Shown here piece by piece: positions 1 through 9,334 of a stretch of DNA of 64,000 bases (positions are counted from its first letter, which is position 1; each line of letters starts with the position of its first letter). The stretch comes from an uncultured candidate division Zixibacteria bacterium (GTDB lineage: Bacteria; Zixibacteria; MSB-5A5; UBA10806): contig CAWFQL010000003.1 in assembly GCA_963817915.1 (NCBI GenBank), positions 64,001-128,000 on the forward strand. The letters run 5' to 3'. Below the pieces are notes generated by a model. It was given only the letters and a program-made list of their open reading frames with translations, did no database searches and was not told the origin of the DNA. The position numbers and the translations under genes are program-made.

Positions 1-34
1 CTATTAAACACTCTGGGATATCAACTGCGCTTTC

Positions 35-170
35 CGGTCGCCCGACCCGACATAAAACAATTAGCCCTGCATACCAAAAGTAGGCCAGGAGTTGGAACAC
101 TCCTGCTATCAAAGAGCTGTCGGGTCGCCTGACCCGACAGCTTAGTTCGAAATCAAAAAACGCCCTTGGG
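35..170. repeat. Cluster of REP-like palindromes (GTCGGGTCGCCTGACCCGAC family and a GTAG-hairpin)
   Basis: GTCGGGTCGCCTGACCCGAC at 119-138, a variant at ~37-51, and GTAGGCCAGGAG..CTCCTG from 80. The same motifs recur at 9348, 9471, 9718 and 11447. Confidence 0.75.
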
Positions 171-223
171 AAATTCAAGTGCTATCGGGTTGCCTCATCC
201 GACAGGAAATTTCCGAAAGCATA

Positions 224-2785
224 TTATGGTTGCTTGGGAGTGAGCAGAAAATTCAGATTTTCCAATGCCGCATTGGTTTCCGATGGGGTTATTTCCATCT
301 CGATAAACCCCGGCTCGGAAATATACCCAAATTTTATCAGCTGTTCGGAGTTTATATAAATTTTGTATTTTCCCGGTACCAGCCCCTGATAGTAATACTC
401 GCCATTGCTGAATGCTGTCACCTCGCTGACAGCTTCTGTGGCCGTATTCATTATCTCCACCTTGAATCCGCCGACTCCAGTCTTGCCCTGGGCTGCTTCC
501 TTTTCTATAAATCCGCTGATATCGCTGACCACCACGAGCGGAACCTCGACCCCGGTAACAATATTGGGATCGCATAATATCTTATAATTCTCATGCGCCG
601 GCTTCAGGCTGGGGTTATCGATACTATTTAAATCTATTTGTACCAAATAATAATCGTATGGCCTCAGGCCTTCATAGTAATACACCTTACCCGATGACGC
701 GGCCTTTTCTCTGCCGCTAACTATTTTTGCTTTGATACCTGAAATAATTTCTTCGTTTTTGTCCCTGACTCCGTCGAAATCATCATCGCGGAAGGGCTTT
801 ATTAACGCCGACCCGAATCCAACGCCGTTTCTACGGTCGAATCTAATCGCTCCGCCTTCGCTGTCATACCGAACCGAACCTTTCTGCACCTGGCTCATCG
901 ATGTTGTACTGCCCGTAGAAAGAACTCTCGATGTAAAATTAGCGAATCCCGTAAAAAGATTGAAGGTCAACATATAGAGATTAGACTTGGAGCTCTCGTT
1001 CCGTTCAAATGATAACGACAGCTGGCCTGTCCGAAAAACCCTTCGACCCATTACGATACCATAGCTTGCCATTCTATTCTGCATATGATCGAATACAAAC
1101 TTGAATTTCGGCTGTACCCACGGGATTAACGAAGTGGAAAGCAAGGCCTGACTGGTCAAATCCTGCGAAGAGCGATTGGGGAATATCGATATCTTATATC
1201 TACCCGAATAACTGAACTGAAATCTATTAAACGAAAGATTGAATCCGTAATTCATATTGATATTATCGAGATTGCGGAATTTATCCCAATTGACATTATA
1301 TCGAAATCCCAAATATCGCCCGCCTATTTTCAATGGCGCCGAGAATGCCATTTGAACACTATGCTGCTGCCCAAATCTGTTTTGGAATTTACTTTCATAA
1401 TATTTCGTATATCCCGCGCTGATATTTAAAATCGAAAGCTTGCTGTAGTTAAGCGCCAGGCCGGCAGATTTATTGGGAGCAAAAGATCCGTTAACCGTGA
1501 GATTGCCTCCCATCTGGTAGGTGGCGTCAGTCCCGAATGATGGCTTTTCATTGTTTCGCGATTCGATCGGCAGATCGGAGCTGACCCCCAATGTCAATTT
1601 ATCGCTTATGCCGTAATATGAAGTAGCCTGAGCGTATTTGCTGTTTTCATCCGGAATTGTAGCTGTGCCCGCGGCTACGGAGTATTCGAAATTATTCTTT
1701 GGGACCAGATTATACGGAATTCTGATATATTTTTCCTCCGTTCGTATTTCGCCATTGGGGCCGTACATTTTGAGGGATATTACCGATGCCCCATAGTAAA
1801 TATCCACATTGAAATTGTAATCGCCATTATGATCAGTCGCCTGAAAATCTGTGAGCTTCTGGTCGATATACAATTCGACTTCCCAGCCTTCGCCCAGATG
1901 ATCCGCGAGATTTAATGTCTGAAAATATTTTCTCTCGACCTGAGGTTTATTGGTAATCATTCCGCCTTTCAGACCCCTTGAGAAAAGCCCGCTGGTATTG
2001 ATATTTCCAAGGTCCGCCTGAGTCAGATAATGATTATCATTGAAAAAGTAATGCCATTTATAAATCATCTGATTGGATTGAATACCCGTGACACTATTGC
2101 CGCCGCCGGTCACGCTGATATCTCCACCGAGAACAATGCCGCCGGCGTTGAAATCAAAATATTGTCCTCCGCCTCCCAAGGGGCTTGCCGATACCGCCCA
2201 ATCTACAACTCCGCCATTAAAAATATCCCGTTTTCGGGGAATTACCTTAACATCCCGCGGCGCCGCGGCCTTGGCCTGAATGCTTTCGTGCTCTAATTTT
2301 CGTTTTAATTTTTGGTACGATGGAAATTCCTTGTTCAATGGGAGATAAACCCGCAAAGCTGAAAATTTGAAATCCATCTTCAAGCCGAAATACTCGTCAA
2401 ATAGATCAATCCTCAGATAAAGATCCCGTGAATTCAAATAATAGTCCCATATTCTCAACGGTTTTATCTTGCCGGCGATTTTGGCTTCGGAATTAATCAG
2501 GTCAAGTTGATAACGCTGATTTGTATTGATGATATAACCCGCGTATCTCAATTTTAGCGAATCATATTCGATATGCAGATCGAGAAGCCCGAATATTTCA
2601 TTCAACGGCAGATAGACCGTAGAGCCGTCATACTGGACAAATAAGTCAGTCCTGATAAGTTGGGGAACATCGAAACCGACAACGATCTCTTCATATGTTT
2701 TCTCCTGCGCCAACACCAAAGGCGCGGAGAAAAAAAACGATATCAGAACGACCAAGACTAAGTTTCGGTTAATCATTGCAATCAT
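224..2785 (-). CDS. Usher-like outer membrane protein of a chaperone-usher type pilus system
   Basis: 853 aa with signal peptide, long beta-strand-rich core and C-terminal prealbumin/CnaB-like domains (FRDDDFDGVRD, GEYYYQGLVPGKY). Downstream of the chaperone and pilins. Confidence 0.7.
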   Translation of the reverse strand: MIAMINRNLVLVVLISFFFSAPLVLAQEKTYEEIVVGFDVPQLIRTDLFVQYDGSTVYLPLNEIFGLLDLHIEYDSLKLRYAGYIINTNQRYQLDLINSEAKIAGKIKPLRIWDYYLNSRDLYLRIDLFDEYFGLKMDFKFSALRVYLPLNKEFPSYQKLKRKLEHESIQAKAAAPRDVKVIPRKRDIFNGGVVDWAVSASPLGGGGQYFDFNAGGIVLGGDISVTGGGNSVTGIQSNQMIYKWHYFFNDNHYLTQADLGNINTSGLFSRGLKGGMITNKPQVERKYFQTLNLADHLGEGWEVELYIDQKLTDFQATDHNGDYNFNVDIYYGASVISLKMYGPNGEIRTEEKYIRIPYNLVPKNNFEYSVAAGTATIPDENSKYAQATSYYGISDKLTLGVSSDLPIESRNNEKPSFGTDATYQMGGNLTVNGSFAPNKSAGLALNYSKLSILNISAGYTKYYESKFQNRFGQQHSVQMAFSAPLKIGGRYLGFRYNVNWDKFRNLDNINMNYGFNLSFNRFQFSYSGRYKISIFPNRSSQDLTSQALLSTSLIPWVQPKFKFVFDHMQNRMASYGIVMGRRVFRTGQLSLSFERNESSKSNLYMLTFNLFTGFANFTSRVLSTGSTTSMSQVQKGSVRYDSEGGAIRFDRRNGVGFGSALIKPFRDDDFDGVRDKNEEIISGIKAKIVSGREKAASSGKVYYYEGLRPYDYYLVQIDLNSIDNPSLKPAHENYKILCDPNIVTGVEVPLVVVSDISGFIEKEAAQGKTGVGGFKVEIMNTATEAVSEVTAFSNGEYYYQGLVPGKYKIYINSEQLIKFGYISEPGFIEMEITPSETNAALENLNFLLTPKQP

Positions 2786-2824
2786 AACGCTCTTAATAGA
2801 ATTGCTATTTCCCCCAAAAATAAA

Positions 2825-3691
2825 TTATTCGACTCGGGCAATCACCGAAATTTTATTTCCCGTAACCATATCTTCCGCGGCAATATCCGTGCGGCCTTCG
2901 GTCCCGATCGTAATCTCAACTCGATATGGAATCGATTTTTTGTCAAAAGCTATCGGGATAACTCTTCTCAGCTTCCGATATACAGCCAGATCTACCTGAT
3001 TGCTGCCCATCTCATTATTGTCCGAATCGAATAATCGTATTTTGAGGACTCCGATATAGGAAACATTGCCTCTGTTGAGCATATCGGTTGTCACCCATAC
3101 TTTGCCGTTCGCAAGCTGGGCTAAGGCCTTGACAAGTTGAATTTCCGAATTGAGATTTCCTTTTCGATATTTGAGCATAATCGCCGTCTGGGTGACCAGG
3201 CTAAGCTTCGTTGAAATCTGCCCGTTTTCATTTGCGGCGGGCTCTCCGGATTTGGCTTCTTGTGAACGAATAACAATTCTTGCCCAGTATTCGCCTTCAG
3301 TCAAATCCGAAGGAGGGGTTGCTATGATCCTGATGACCTGCGAACCGCTGGGGGGCAGCACGATCTTTCTTGGGAACGCTTTTACCCATCCCATTGCTGA
3401 ACGCTCGTCGGTAACATTGGAATCCTGCAATGTCATAGTGACATTGCCGAGACTATCGGATTCCGGCAGCCCAAAACCGAAAAAGATCGTCACCTCTGCC
3501 GCGGTGGCCGATGGGTTCTGCAATGTCAAACGACCCGTGCGGCTTTTCTCGGACAAAATTACGACTGTCGGCGCAACCAGCACTCCGGCCATCAAATTGA
3601 CAGCCAACGATAGTTCAATAATCAAAATGCTTATAAAGACAAATCTTTTGCCGCCGCGCTTGAGCTCGCCGCTTGTTTTCATTTTTCTCAT
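2825..3691 (-). CDS. Periplasmic fimbrial chaperone (PapD-like)
   Basis: Signal peptide, then VAPTVVIL..GRLTLQN and PRKIVLPPSGSQVIRI..GEYW, typical of pilus chaperone N-domains. Lies between pilins and usher. Confidence 0.75.
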   Translation of the reverse strand: MRKMKTSGELKRGGKRFVFISILIIELSLAVNLMAGVLVAPTVVILSEKSRTGRLTLQNPSATAAEVTIFFGFGLPESDSLGNVTMTLQDSNVTDERSAMGWVKAFPRKIVLPPSGSQVIRIIATPPSDLTEGEYWARIVIRSQEAKSGEPAANENGQISTKLSLVTQTAIMLKYRKGNLNSEIQLVKALAQLANGKVWVTTDMLNRGNVSYIGVLKIRLFDSDNNEMGSNQVDLAVYRKLRRVIPIAFDKKSIPYRVEITIGTEGRTDIAAEDMVTGNKISVIARVE

Positions 3692-3739
3692 TTTATCGCT
3701 CCGTTATTTCGCTATGAATTAGCCGATTATTATCAAATC

Positions 3740-4342
3740 CTAAAGACCATTGTATGAGACTATAAGCACGATATTGCCGGAGTAACTTCCAGCCTTCTGA
3801 TTAGCGGATGGAATCACCTTGCCTCCGAGATATACCTTCGTATTGCTGCCGGTGCTTCCGATTACCGCTCCAGCCGGTAGATTGAATGGATTCTGATCGA
3901 TCCAGCCATCGGCACCTATCATCGTCGAAGGCGTCGCGGTATTCGATGTATCCACCGCCGCGCTTGTGATCCCGAATGCTATCGTCATTCGATCCGACCC
4001 GTCGGCCAACGATAGATATTCGGGCAGTACCAGTTGCAAATTCACTCCCGATCCCGCCTGGCCAGCTACAGTGAAAATAGCCGTGGAATCGTCATCATTT
4101 CTGCCGACAGTTTTGGGAATTCCCTGGAATATATTGCCAAAATCCAATGCCTGTGTCGCCGTTACCGTAAGAGCCGCCTGCACTGTCGCGGTGGCCTGCC
4201 CAGTCGCCACATCCTGAGCTAAAGCGGCCACTGTGCTCACTAATATCGAAGCCAGAACAAATGCAAATAACCCTGCTAATCGCTGTTTTCGATTAACGCC
4301 AATAACTGATAAATTTTTCATAGATCTTTTCACTGCTTTCAC
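3740..4342 (-). CDS. Pilin-like secreted protein (DUF4402 / spore-coat-U-like), paralog 5
   Basis: Signal peptide; LDFGNI motif; C-terminal YLGGKV..Q.AGSYSGNIVLIVSY strand. Confidence 0.75.
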   Translation of the reverse strand: MKAVKRSMKNLSVIGVNRKQRLAGLFAFVLASILVSTVAALAQDVATGQATATVQAALTVTATQALDFGNIFQGIPKTVGRNDDDSTAIFTVAGQAGSGVNLQLVLPEYLSLADGSDRMTIAFGITSAAVDTSNTATPSTMIGADGWIDQNPFNLPAGAVIGSTGSNTKVYLGGKVIPSANQKAGSYSGNIVLIVSYNGL

Positions 4343-4353
4343 ATTCCCAATTC

Positions 4354-4914
4354 TTAGCTGCCGTTGTATGAGATAGTCATGACTATATCGCCCGAATAAT
4401 TTCCAGCCTTTTGATTAATCGATGGATTTACTTTTCCTCCCAGATAGATATTGGTGCCCGCGGAGCCGATAACAGTGCCTGCCGGAGGGGCATAAGGGTT
4501 GGTATTTTGCCAGCCACGCGAGGCATTCATGGTTGTCGGATCCGCCGCGCCGGTCGTATCGATAGAGACGTCGGTTGCTCTGAAAGCAATTGGAAGCCTA
4601 TCGCTGCCATCGGAGAGCGCCAGATATTCCGGAAGCTGTATAAGAATCTCAATACCCGATCCGCTTTGTCCCGTGATAGTAAAAATCGCCGCGTTGGCAG
4701 TATTGTTTGCAATTGACTTAGGGATACCCTGGAAAACTTCGCCGAAATTCAATGCGCCGACCGCTGTTACCACGATATTCGATAAGACTGTAGCGTTGGC
4801 GTTACCGACCGCTATTTCCTGTGAGTTGGCTGTTTTAATTGAAATGAACAACCCCAAAATCAGTACAATTTGTACGAGCGAAACCTGAGTAAATCCGGCG
4901 ATTTTTTTAAACAT
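4354..4914 (-). CDS. Pilin-like secreted protein (DUF4402-like), paralog 4
   Basis: Signal peptide; LNFGEV; C-terminal AGNYSGDIVMTISY. Confidence 0.75.
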   Translation of the reverse strand: MFKKIAGFTQVSLVQIVLILGLFISIKTANSQEIAVGNANATVLSNIVVTAVGALNFGEVFQGIPKSIANNTANAAIFTITGQSGSGIEILIQLPEYLALSDGSDRLPIAFRATDVSIDTTGAADPTTMNASRGWQNTNPYAPPAGTVIGSAGTNIYLGGKVNPSINQKAGNYSGDIVMTISYNGS

Positions 4915-4965
4915 CTCTTTAAAGCCAAAAACCTGTTAATAAATGAAACACTAAACCCTATCTTT

Positions 4966-4992
4966 TTATCGTCATCCTGTGCAAAAAATTAA
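4966..4992 (-). promoter_or_regulatory. Sigma-28-like promoter
   Basis: TTAA-N15-GACGATAA on the minus strand, ~50 nt upstream of pilin 4354..4914. Confidence 0.4.
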
Positions 4993-5051
4993 CAATCGGG
5001 GAAGTATTTTGGGGTAATTGTGAAAATAGGAAGACGCATAAAAAACCAAAT

Positions 5052-5085
5052 AAAAAAAGAGAGGGAATTCAATTTCCCCTCTCTC
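5052..5085 (-). terminator. Intrinsic terminator after pilin 5104..5673
   Basis: AGAGAGGG..CCCTCTCT hairpin followed by a T-run on the minus strand. Confidence 0.7.
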
Positions 5086-5103
5086 TAATCTTTAATCTGT
5101 ATT

Positions 5104-5673
5104 CTACTGATTATTGTAAGCGACCATAAGGACTATTTCCGCGCCGTATGTGCCCGCGGTCTGATTGGTCGATGGCCATACTCTGCCGCCGAGATACACA
5201 TGGGTACCCGCTGGACCGATGACGGAAGAAGCCGCCGGAATAGCATATGGATTTTGGTCAACAAATCCATCGCCAGCCACCATCGCTTCAGGTGTTGCCG
5301 GGGTGAGTGTATCGACTGCGGCGTCGGTAGCCGTAAATGAAATCGGCATACGGTCATGACCATTAGCGAGAACAATGTATTCCGGAAGAATAAATTGAAG
5401 ATTGATACCTGCCTGCTGTCCGGCGATATCAAATATAGCCGCGGAATCAGCGCCAGCGCCCGATGACGGAATGCTTTTGGGGACACCCTGCCACAATGTT
5501 CCAAAGTCCAATGGAGCTGTTGCTGTAACCACTATCAATGGAACTACTGTTCCTGTTGCTGTTCCGGTGGCAACATCCTGAGCGAATGTTACACCGGATG
5601 AAATCGCCAGTATTAATCCAACAAGGATTAATATCATCCCTGATTTCCGGAAACTTTCTTGTCTCAATTTCAT
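5104..5673 (-). CDS. Pilin-like secreted protein (DUF4402-like), paralog 3, likely major subunit
   Basis: Strong AGGAGG RBS, own candidate promoter and terminator; LDFGTL; C-terminal AGTYGAEIVLMVAY. Confidence 0.75.
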   Translation of the reverse strand: MKLRQESFRKSGMILILVGLILAISSGVTFAQDVATGTATGTVVPLIVVTATAPLDFGTLWQGVPKSIPSSGAGADSAAIFDIAGQQAGINLQFILPEYIVLANGHDRMPISFTATDAAVDTLTPATPEAMVAGDGFVDQNPYAIPAASSVIGPAGTHVYLGGRVWPSTNQTAGTYGAEIVLMVAYNNQ

Positions 5674-5743
5674 CTCATCCTCCTGATGTATTTGTTTTTC
5701 ATAATCATCATTCTTTAGTTTTTTTTGAAATTCCTATAGAGAC

Positions 5744-5770
5744 AAATCGGCTATAAAGTTGCAGTTTTTA
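5744..5770 (-). promoter_or_regulatory. Sigma-28 (FliA/SigD)-like promoter
   Basis: TAAA-N15-GCCGATTT on the minus strand, near the consensus TAAA-N15-GCCGATAA, ~70 nt upstream of 5673. Confidence 0.55.
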
Positions 5771-5846
5771 TCAGAAGGGGATGAATTTTGATTTATTTAC
5801 AAATAATATGATTCAGATGTGAACAGTCACGAACCCCGAATATTGG

Positions 5847-6383
5847 TCAATTACCGGTATAGGTTACTGTTAATACTATCAATGCTGAATAGTCCCCGGG
5901 TTTTTGGGCCAGCCCGGGCACAACTGTCCCCCCCAGCCAAAGGCTAAGTCCATTAGCGCCAAGCCGATAGATTATCGTATGCCAGGGATCGATATTGTTA
6001 ACCGGAGGATTCGATTGATTGGGGGTAGAACTCGAATCCAGCGCGCAATCGGTGGAAGAAAAAATCAACTGCATATTGCCGCCGGTCGTATGGAGATACG
6101 TAGGTAATGCGAAATCCAACGTTATCTCAGCATTGGGGGTGCCGGTAATAAAAAATTCGGCAGCGTCTCCCGCCGATGTCTTGCTGATAGCCTTGGGTAC
6201 GCCGGGAAATACCGGGCCGAAAACGAGATTGTTATTTATCGTTATTGTCTGCGCGTAAGAAATATCGGATGAACACAGAACAATAATCGCCAGGGCCGGA
6301 AACACCCAAAAGCCTTTGGATAATTGCCCCGCTTCAAATCTGATTTTGTCTCTCATCGCGTGTATTAATATTTTAAAAATCAC
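5847..6383 (-). CDS. Pilin-like secreted protein (DUF4402-like), paralog 2, lacking the N-terminal extension
   Basis: LVFGPV; C-terminal PGDYSALIVLTVTY; mature N-terminus shorter than in the other paralogs. Confidence 0.7.
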   Translation of the reverse strand: MIFKILIHAMRDKIRFEAGQLSKGFWVFPALAIIVLCSSDISYAQTITINNNLVFGPVFPGVPKAISKTSAGDAAEFFITGTPNAEITLDFALPTYLHTTGGNMQLIFSSTDCALDSSSTPNQSNPPVNNIDPWHTIIYRLGANGLSLWLGGTVVPGLAQKPGDYSALIVLTVTYTGN

Positions 6384-6441
6384 GCGTTGTCAAAGCATTA
6401 GGCGCCAATTCGGCGAAATCATTTCTGCCGGCTCAGTCTTT

Positions 6442-6978
6442 CTAATTGCCGGTATAAGTGACTGTCAAAATAATATCTCCCCGGTAACTGCCGCTTGTCT
6501 GCGAACGTCTCGGAAAAACAGTGCCGCCAATCCACACGGCCATGGTGCCGTCAGTCCCAAGATTTCTGACATTGATGCCGTGGGGATTGAGAATTCCCGC
6601 CGGAGTTAGCTGGCCGAGCCCGAGGCCATTTTCATAAGACGCATCGATGCTGTTAAAACCGATTCGCATGGCCGAAATGCCCCCGACCAGGTAGATTGAA
6701 TCAGGCAATGAAAAATCGAGTATAATTTCAGCCGCTGAACTGCCTGTTATCTGCCATTCGCCCGCGTAACCGATTGTGGTCTTATTGATCGTCTTATTAA
6801 CGCCGGGCATGACATACTCGAAATTCAGATTATTGGTGCCGATTACTGACATGCTCGGTAATACTACCGCTATCGCCTGTACGCTGGCGGTCTCCTGGGC
6901 ACTTGTAATCATTGGAGACACTACCGCTACCAGGCAGATCATGCCAACAAGCCATGATGACCAGTTTCTGCAAGACAT
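6442..6978 (-). CDS. Pilin-like secreted protein (DUF4402-like), paralog 1
   Basis: Signal peptide; LNFEYV; C-terminal SGSYRGDIILTVTY. Confidence 0.7.
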   Translation of the reverse strand: MSCRNWSSWLVGMICLVAVVSPMITSAQETASVQAIAVVLPSMSVIGTNNLNFEYVMPGVNKTINKTTIGYAGEWQITGSSAAEIILDFSLPDSIYLVGGISAMRIGFNSIDASYENGLGLGQLTPAGILNPHGINVRNLGTDGTMAVWIGGTVFPRRSQTSGSYRGDIILTVTYTGN

Positions 6979-7151
6979 AAACCCCTCCTTGCTTAAGCCT
7001 ATGAAGTTTTCGTTTCACATAGGGAAAAAGCAAGAAGGATGCCAGACGTTATGCCTGCATATCTTTAAGTTGTTTAACGGGTTACGGGCGGCTGTTCGAA
7101 GGTGCTTTAGGCCAAGTATGGGGTTATCCCCATACCTCTATAACTTAACCC

Positions 7152-8309
7152 TCAATCGAAACTTAGCTTGATATTTACTATCTCAGGACGATTACCAATT
7201 CTGACCGGCGGGCCCCAGGTGCCTACTCCGCACGACACATAGAAATTCGTACTTCCCTTGAGCCAGTAGCCCCAGCTGATTTCGTAAACTTTTTCGGTGA
7301 TATAGTTCAATGGCCAAATCTGCCCGTGATGAGTATGGCCGGATATCTGAAGATCAACACCATTATCCGATACTTCCTGCAAATTAAACGGCTGATGATC
7401 AAGCATGATTATCGGATAATTTTTGTCAACCTGATCCATAAGCTCTTGAATCTTTTTTCGTTGGATTCCGGAAAATCCCCCCTTGGAACGATCCTCTCTG
7501 CCCACGAGATAGAAAAGATTATCTACCATCGCCACGCTATCCCGAAGCATAGTAATGCCATGATCCGAAAGATACTTGCAGGCTTTTTCAGCGCCTCCAA
7601 TATACTCATGATTGCCAGTTATGGCATAAACTCCAAGCGGCGCTTTGATCTGCTTCAATGCCTCTCCGATATTCTCCCTGATAACCGGCCCCAGGTCCTC
7701 ATCGACAATATCACCGGGCAGAAAAACTATATCGGGCTTGAGATCATTGATCATTTTTATATAGCGATCGACTCTCTTCTTGCCAATAATCGCCCCGATA
7801 TGAATATCCGACGCGCTGACTATATTCAATGTCCTTGGCCCATCGACCTTCTTGGCGATATGCAAAGTTAGAGTCTTTACCCTCGGGAATGTGGCATTCA
7901 GATGGCCAATTGCCAGCAGCAGTGTTACCAGCGATAACGCGCCGATTGCGATGACCAATTTTGTTTTAGCATAATCCGCCTTTATGACCGACGGATAATA
8001 CGGGACAAAATGATTCACAAGCCGGGCCAAATCGAGAAGAACTACAGTCAAAAAGAAATACAGCAACGCCGCCAGCCAGAATGACCCGATCCAAACAAAA
8101 ATATCGCTGACAGGGGAAAGCCACACTCGTTCGAGAACTCTACCCCCGATAAATGACAATGAGACTATGAGAAACAAAACAATATAGTATGGCTTCAATG
8201 TCGAACCGTTCGGCAACGCCTGCCATCCACGGATAAAAATATAAAAATTAATCAGCCCATAGAGCGCAAAAAAAATCGTGAAGAATACAATTATAGCCGA
8301 TATTTTCAT
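7152..8309 (-). CDS. Membrane-anchored metallophosphoesterase (YkuE/YaeI-like)
   Basis: N-terminal TM helices; DIHIG, GDIVD, GNHEY and GHTHHGQ calcineurin-like motifs. Confidence 0.9.
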   Translation of the reverse strand: MKISAIIVFFTIFFALYGLINFYIFIRGWQALPNGSTLKPYYIVLFLIVSLSFIGGRVLERVWLSPVSDIFVWIGSFWLAALLYFFLTVVLLDLARLVNHFVPYYPSVIKADYAKTKLVIAIGALSLVTLLLAIGHLNATFPRVKTLTLHIAKKVDGPRTLNIVSASDIHIGAIIGKKRVDRYIKMINDLKPDIVFLPGDIVDEDLGPVIRENIGEALKQIKAPLGVYAITGNHEYIGGAEKACKYLSDHGITMLRDSVAMVDNLFYLVGREDRSKGGFSGIQRKKIQELMDQVDKNYPIIMLDHQPFNLQEVSDNGVDLQISGHTHHGQIWPLNYITEKVYEISWGYWLKGSTNFYVSCGVGTWGPPVRIGNRPEIVNIKLSFD

Positions 8310-8570
8310 TTTAGTTATTCCGTTTCCACTTCATCTTTCCATTTATTACTTTCACACCTAAATACCAAATAACCCATATACGTAATTTAGTTGCAATGGT
8401 TCATAATGTCTAATCTTATAAAGACGTTTTGTGGCATGCTTGCGTGAAATGCTAACTATCCCGTTGTGCCAGATCGTAGTCCGCCATAGACGAACGTGAT
8501 CTGGCACCTAAGAAGCCTGTTTTCCCTGAAAAGGCTTGCTTAATCAGCGTCAAGATGATTAAAATCAAAT

Positions 8571-9083
8571 GTGGATAGGACTATTAGAAACGACAAGAAA
8601 CATCCGAAAAGATCAACAGTCTTTCTCGGGATAATCGGCCAGAAGAAAAGCGGCAAGACGACTCTGGTCGAAAAGCTCGCCTCCGAATTCAAATCACGAG
8701 GTCTGACAGTCGGGACAGTCAAATATTCCTCGCACGATTTGGAATTCGATTCCCCCGGCAAGGATACCGAACGCCACAGGCGGGCGGGTTCGTCCATATC
8801 GTTGATAAAGGCCTCGAAAAATTGCGCCATCTTCTCGGAATCCGAATATCTAACCCAGGAAATGATTACCGAAATATTCAAACCCTGCGATATCGTCTTT
8901 ATCGAGGGTGATACCAAATCCGAGAACCCCAAAATCTATGTTTCCGATGGCCAACCCGTGCGGTCCGGCATCGGCGGCGAGATTATCGCATTCTGGGGTG
9001 AAACAGGGCAAAAGGATAAGCCTTGGTTTGTTGATATCAAGTCAATGACAGATTTTATTTGCGATAATCTTTCAATAAAATAA
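8571..9083 (+). CDS. mobB: Molybdopterin-guanine dinucleotide biosynthesis protein B
   Basis: P-loop GQKKSGKTTLVEKL; D.PGKDT.RH..AG; DIVFIEG. Confidence 0.85.
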   Translation: MDRTIRNDKKHPKRSTVFLGIIGQKKSGKTTLVEKLASEFKSRGLTVGTVKYSSHDLEFDSPGKDTERHRRAGSSISLIKASKNCAIFSESEYLTQEMITEIFKPCDIVFIEGDTKSENPKIYVSDGQPVRSGIGGEIIAFWGETGQKDKPWFVDIKSMTDFICDNLSIK

Positions 9084-9111
9084 TTCTTCATAAATATGTG
9101 GAGGAGCAATA

Positions 9112-9282
9112 ATGGGCAAAGAACCTGAAATATCAGTTGAGCTTACAGTTAATGGCGAAAAGATTGAGATGAACGAATTCGTTCACAAGGTCACCGGCAA
9201 CGTAATCAATGGTATCCTAAAATCACTCCGTCTCGAAAAACCGCCTCAATCCGCTGTGATTACATTAAAATACAAATCTTAG
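9112..9282 (+). CDS. 56-aa protein resembling the C-terminal domain of long MobB proteins (absent from ORF track)
   Basis: GGAGGAG RBS at 9100-9106; translation MGKEPEISVELTVNGEKIEMNEFVHKVTGNVINGILKSLRLEKPPQSAVITLKYKS. Confidence 0.7.
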   Translation: MGKEPEISVELTVNGEKIEMNEFVHKVTGNVINGILKSLRLEKPPQSAVITLKYKS

Positions 9283-9334
9283 ATCATTTGGCCATGCCTC
9301 AGGATTGGAGGTTTTTTTAGACATCCTGAGGCTT

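Noticed and set aside
3740..6978. Conductive type IV e-pili
   Set aside because: No class III prepilin cleavage motif; these are Sec-secreted beta-rich pilins.
8410..8561. Confident Moco riboswitch or 6S RNA call
   Set aside because: Only fragments of the expected motifs are present and the length is short for 6S; kept only as a low-score finding.
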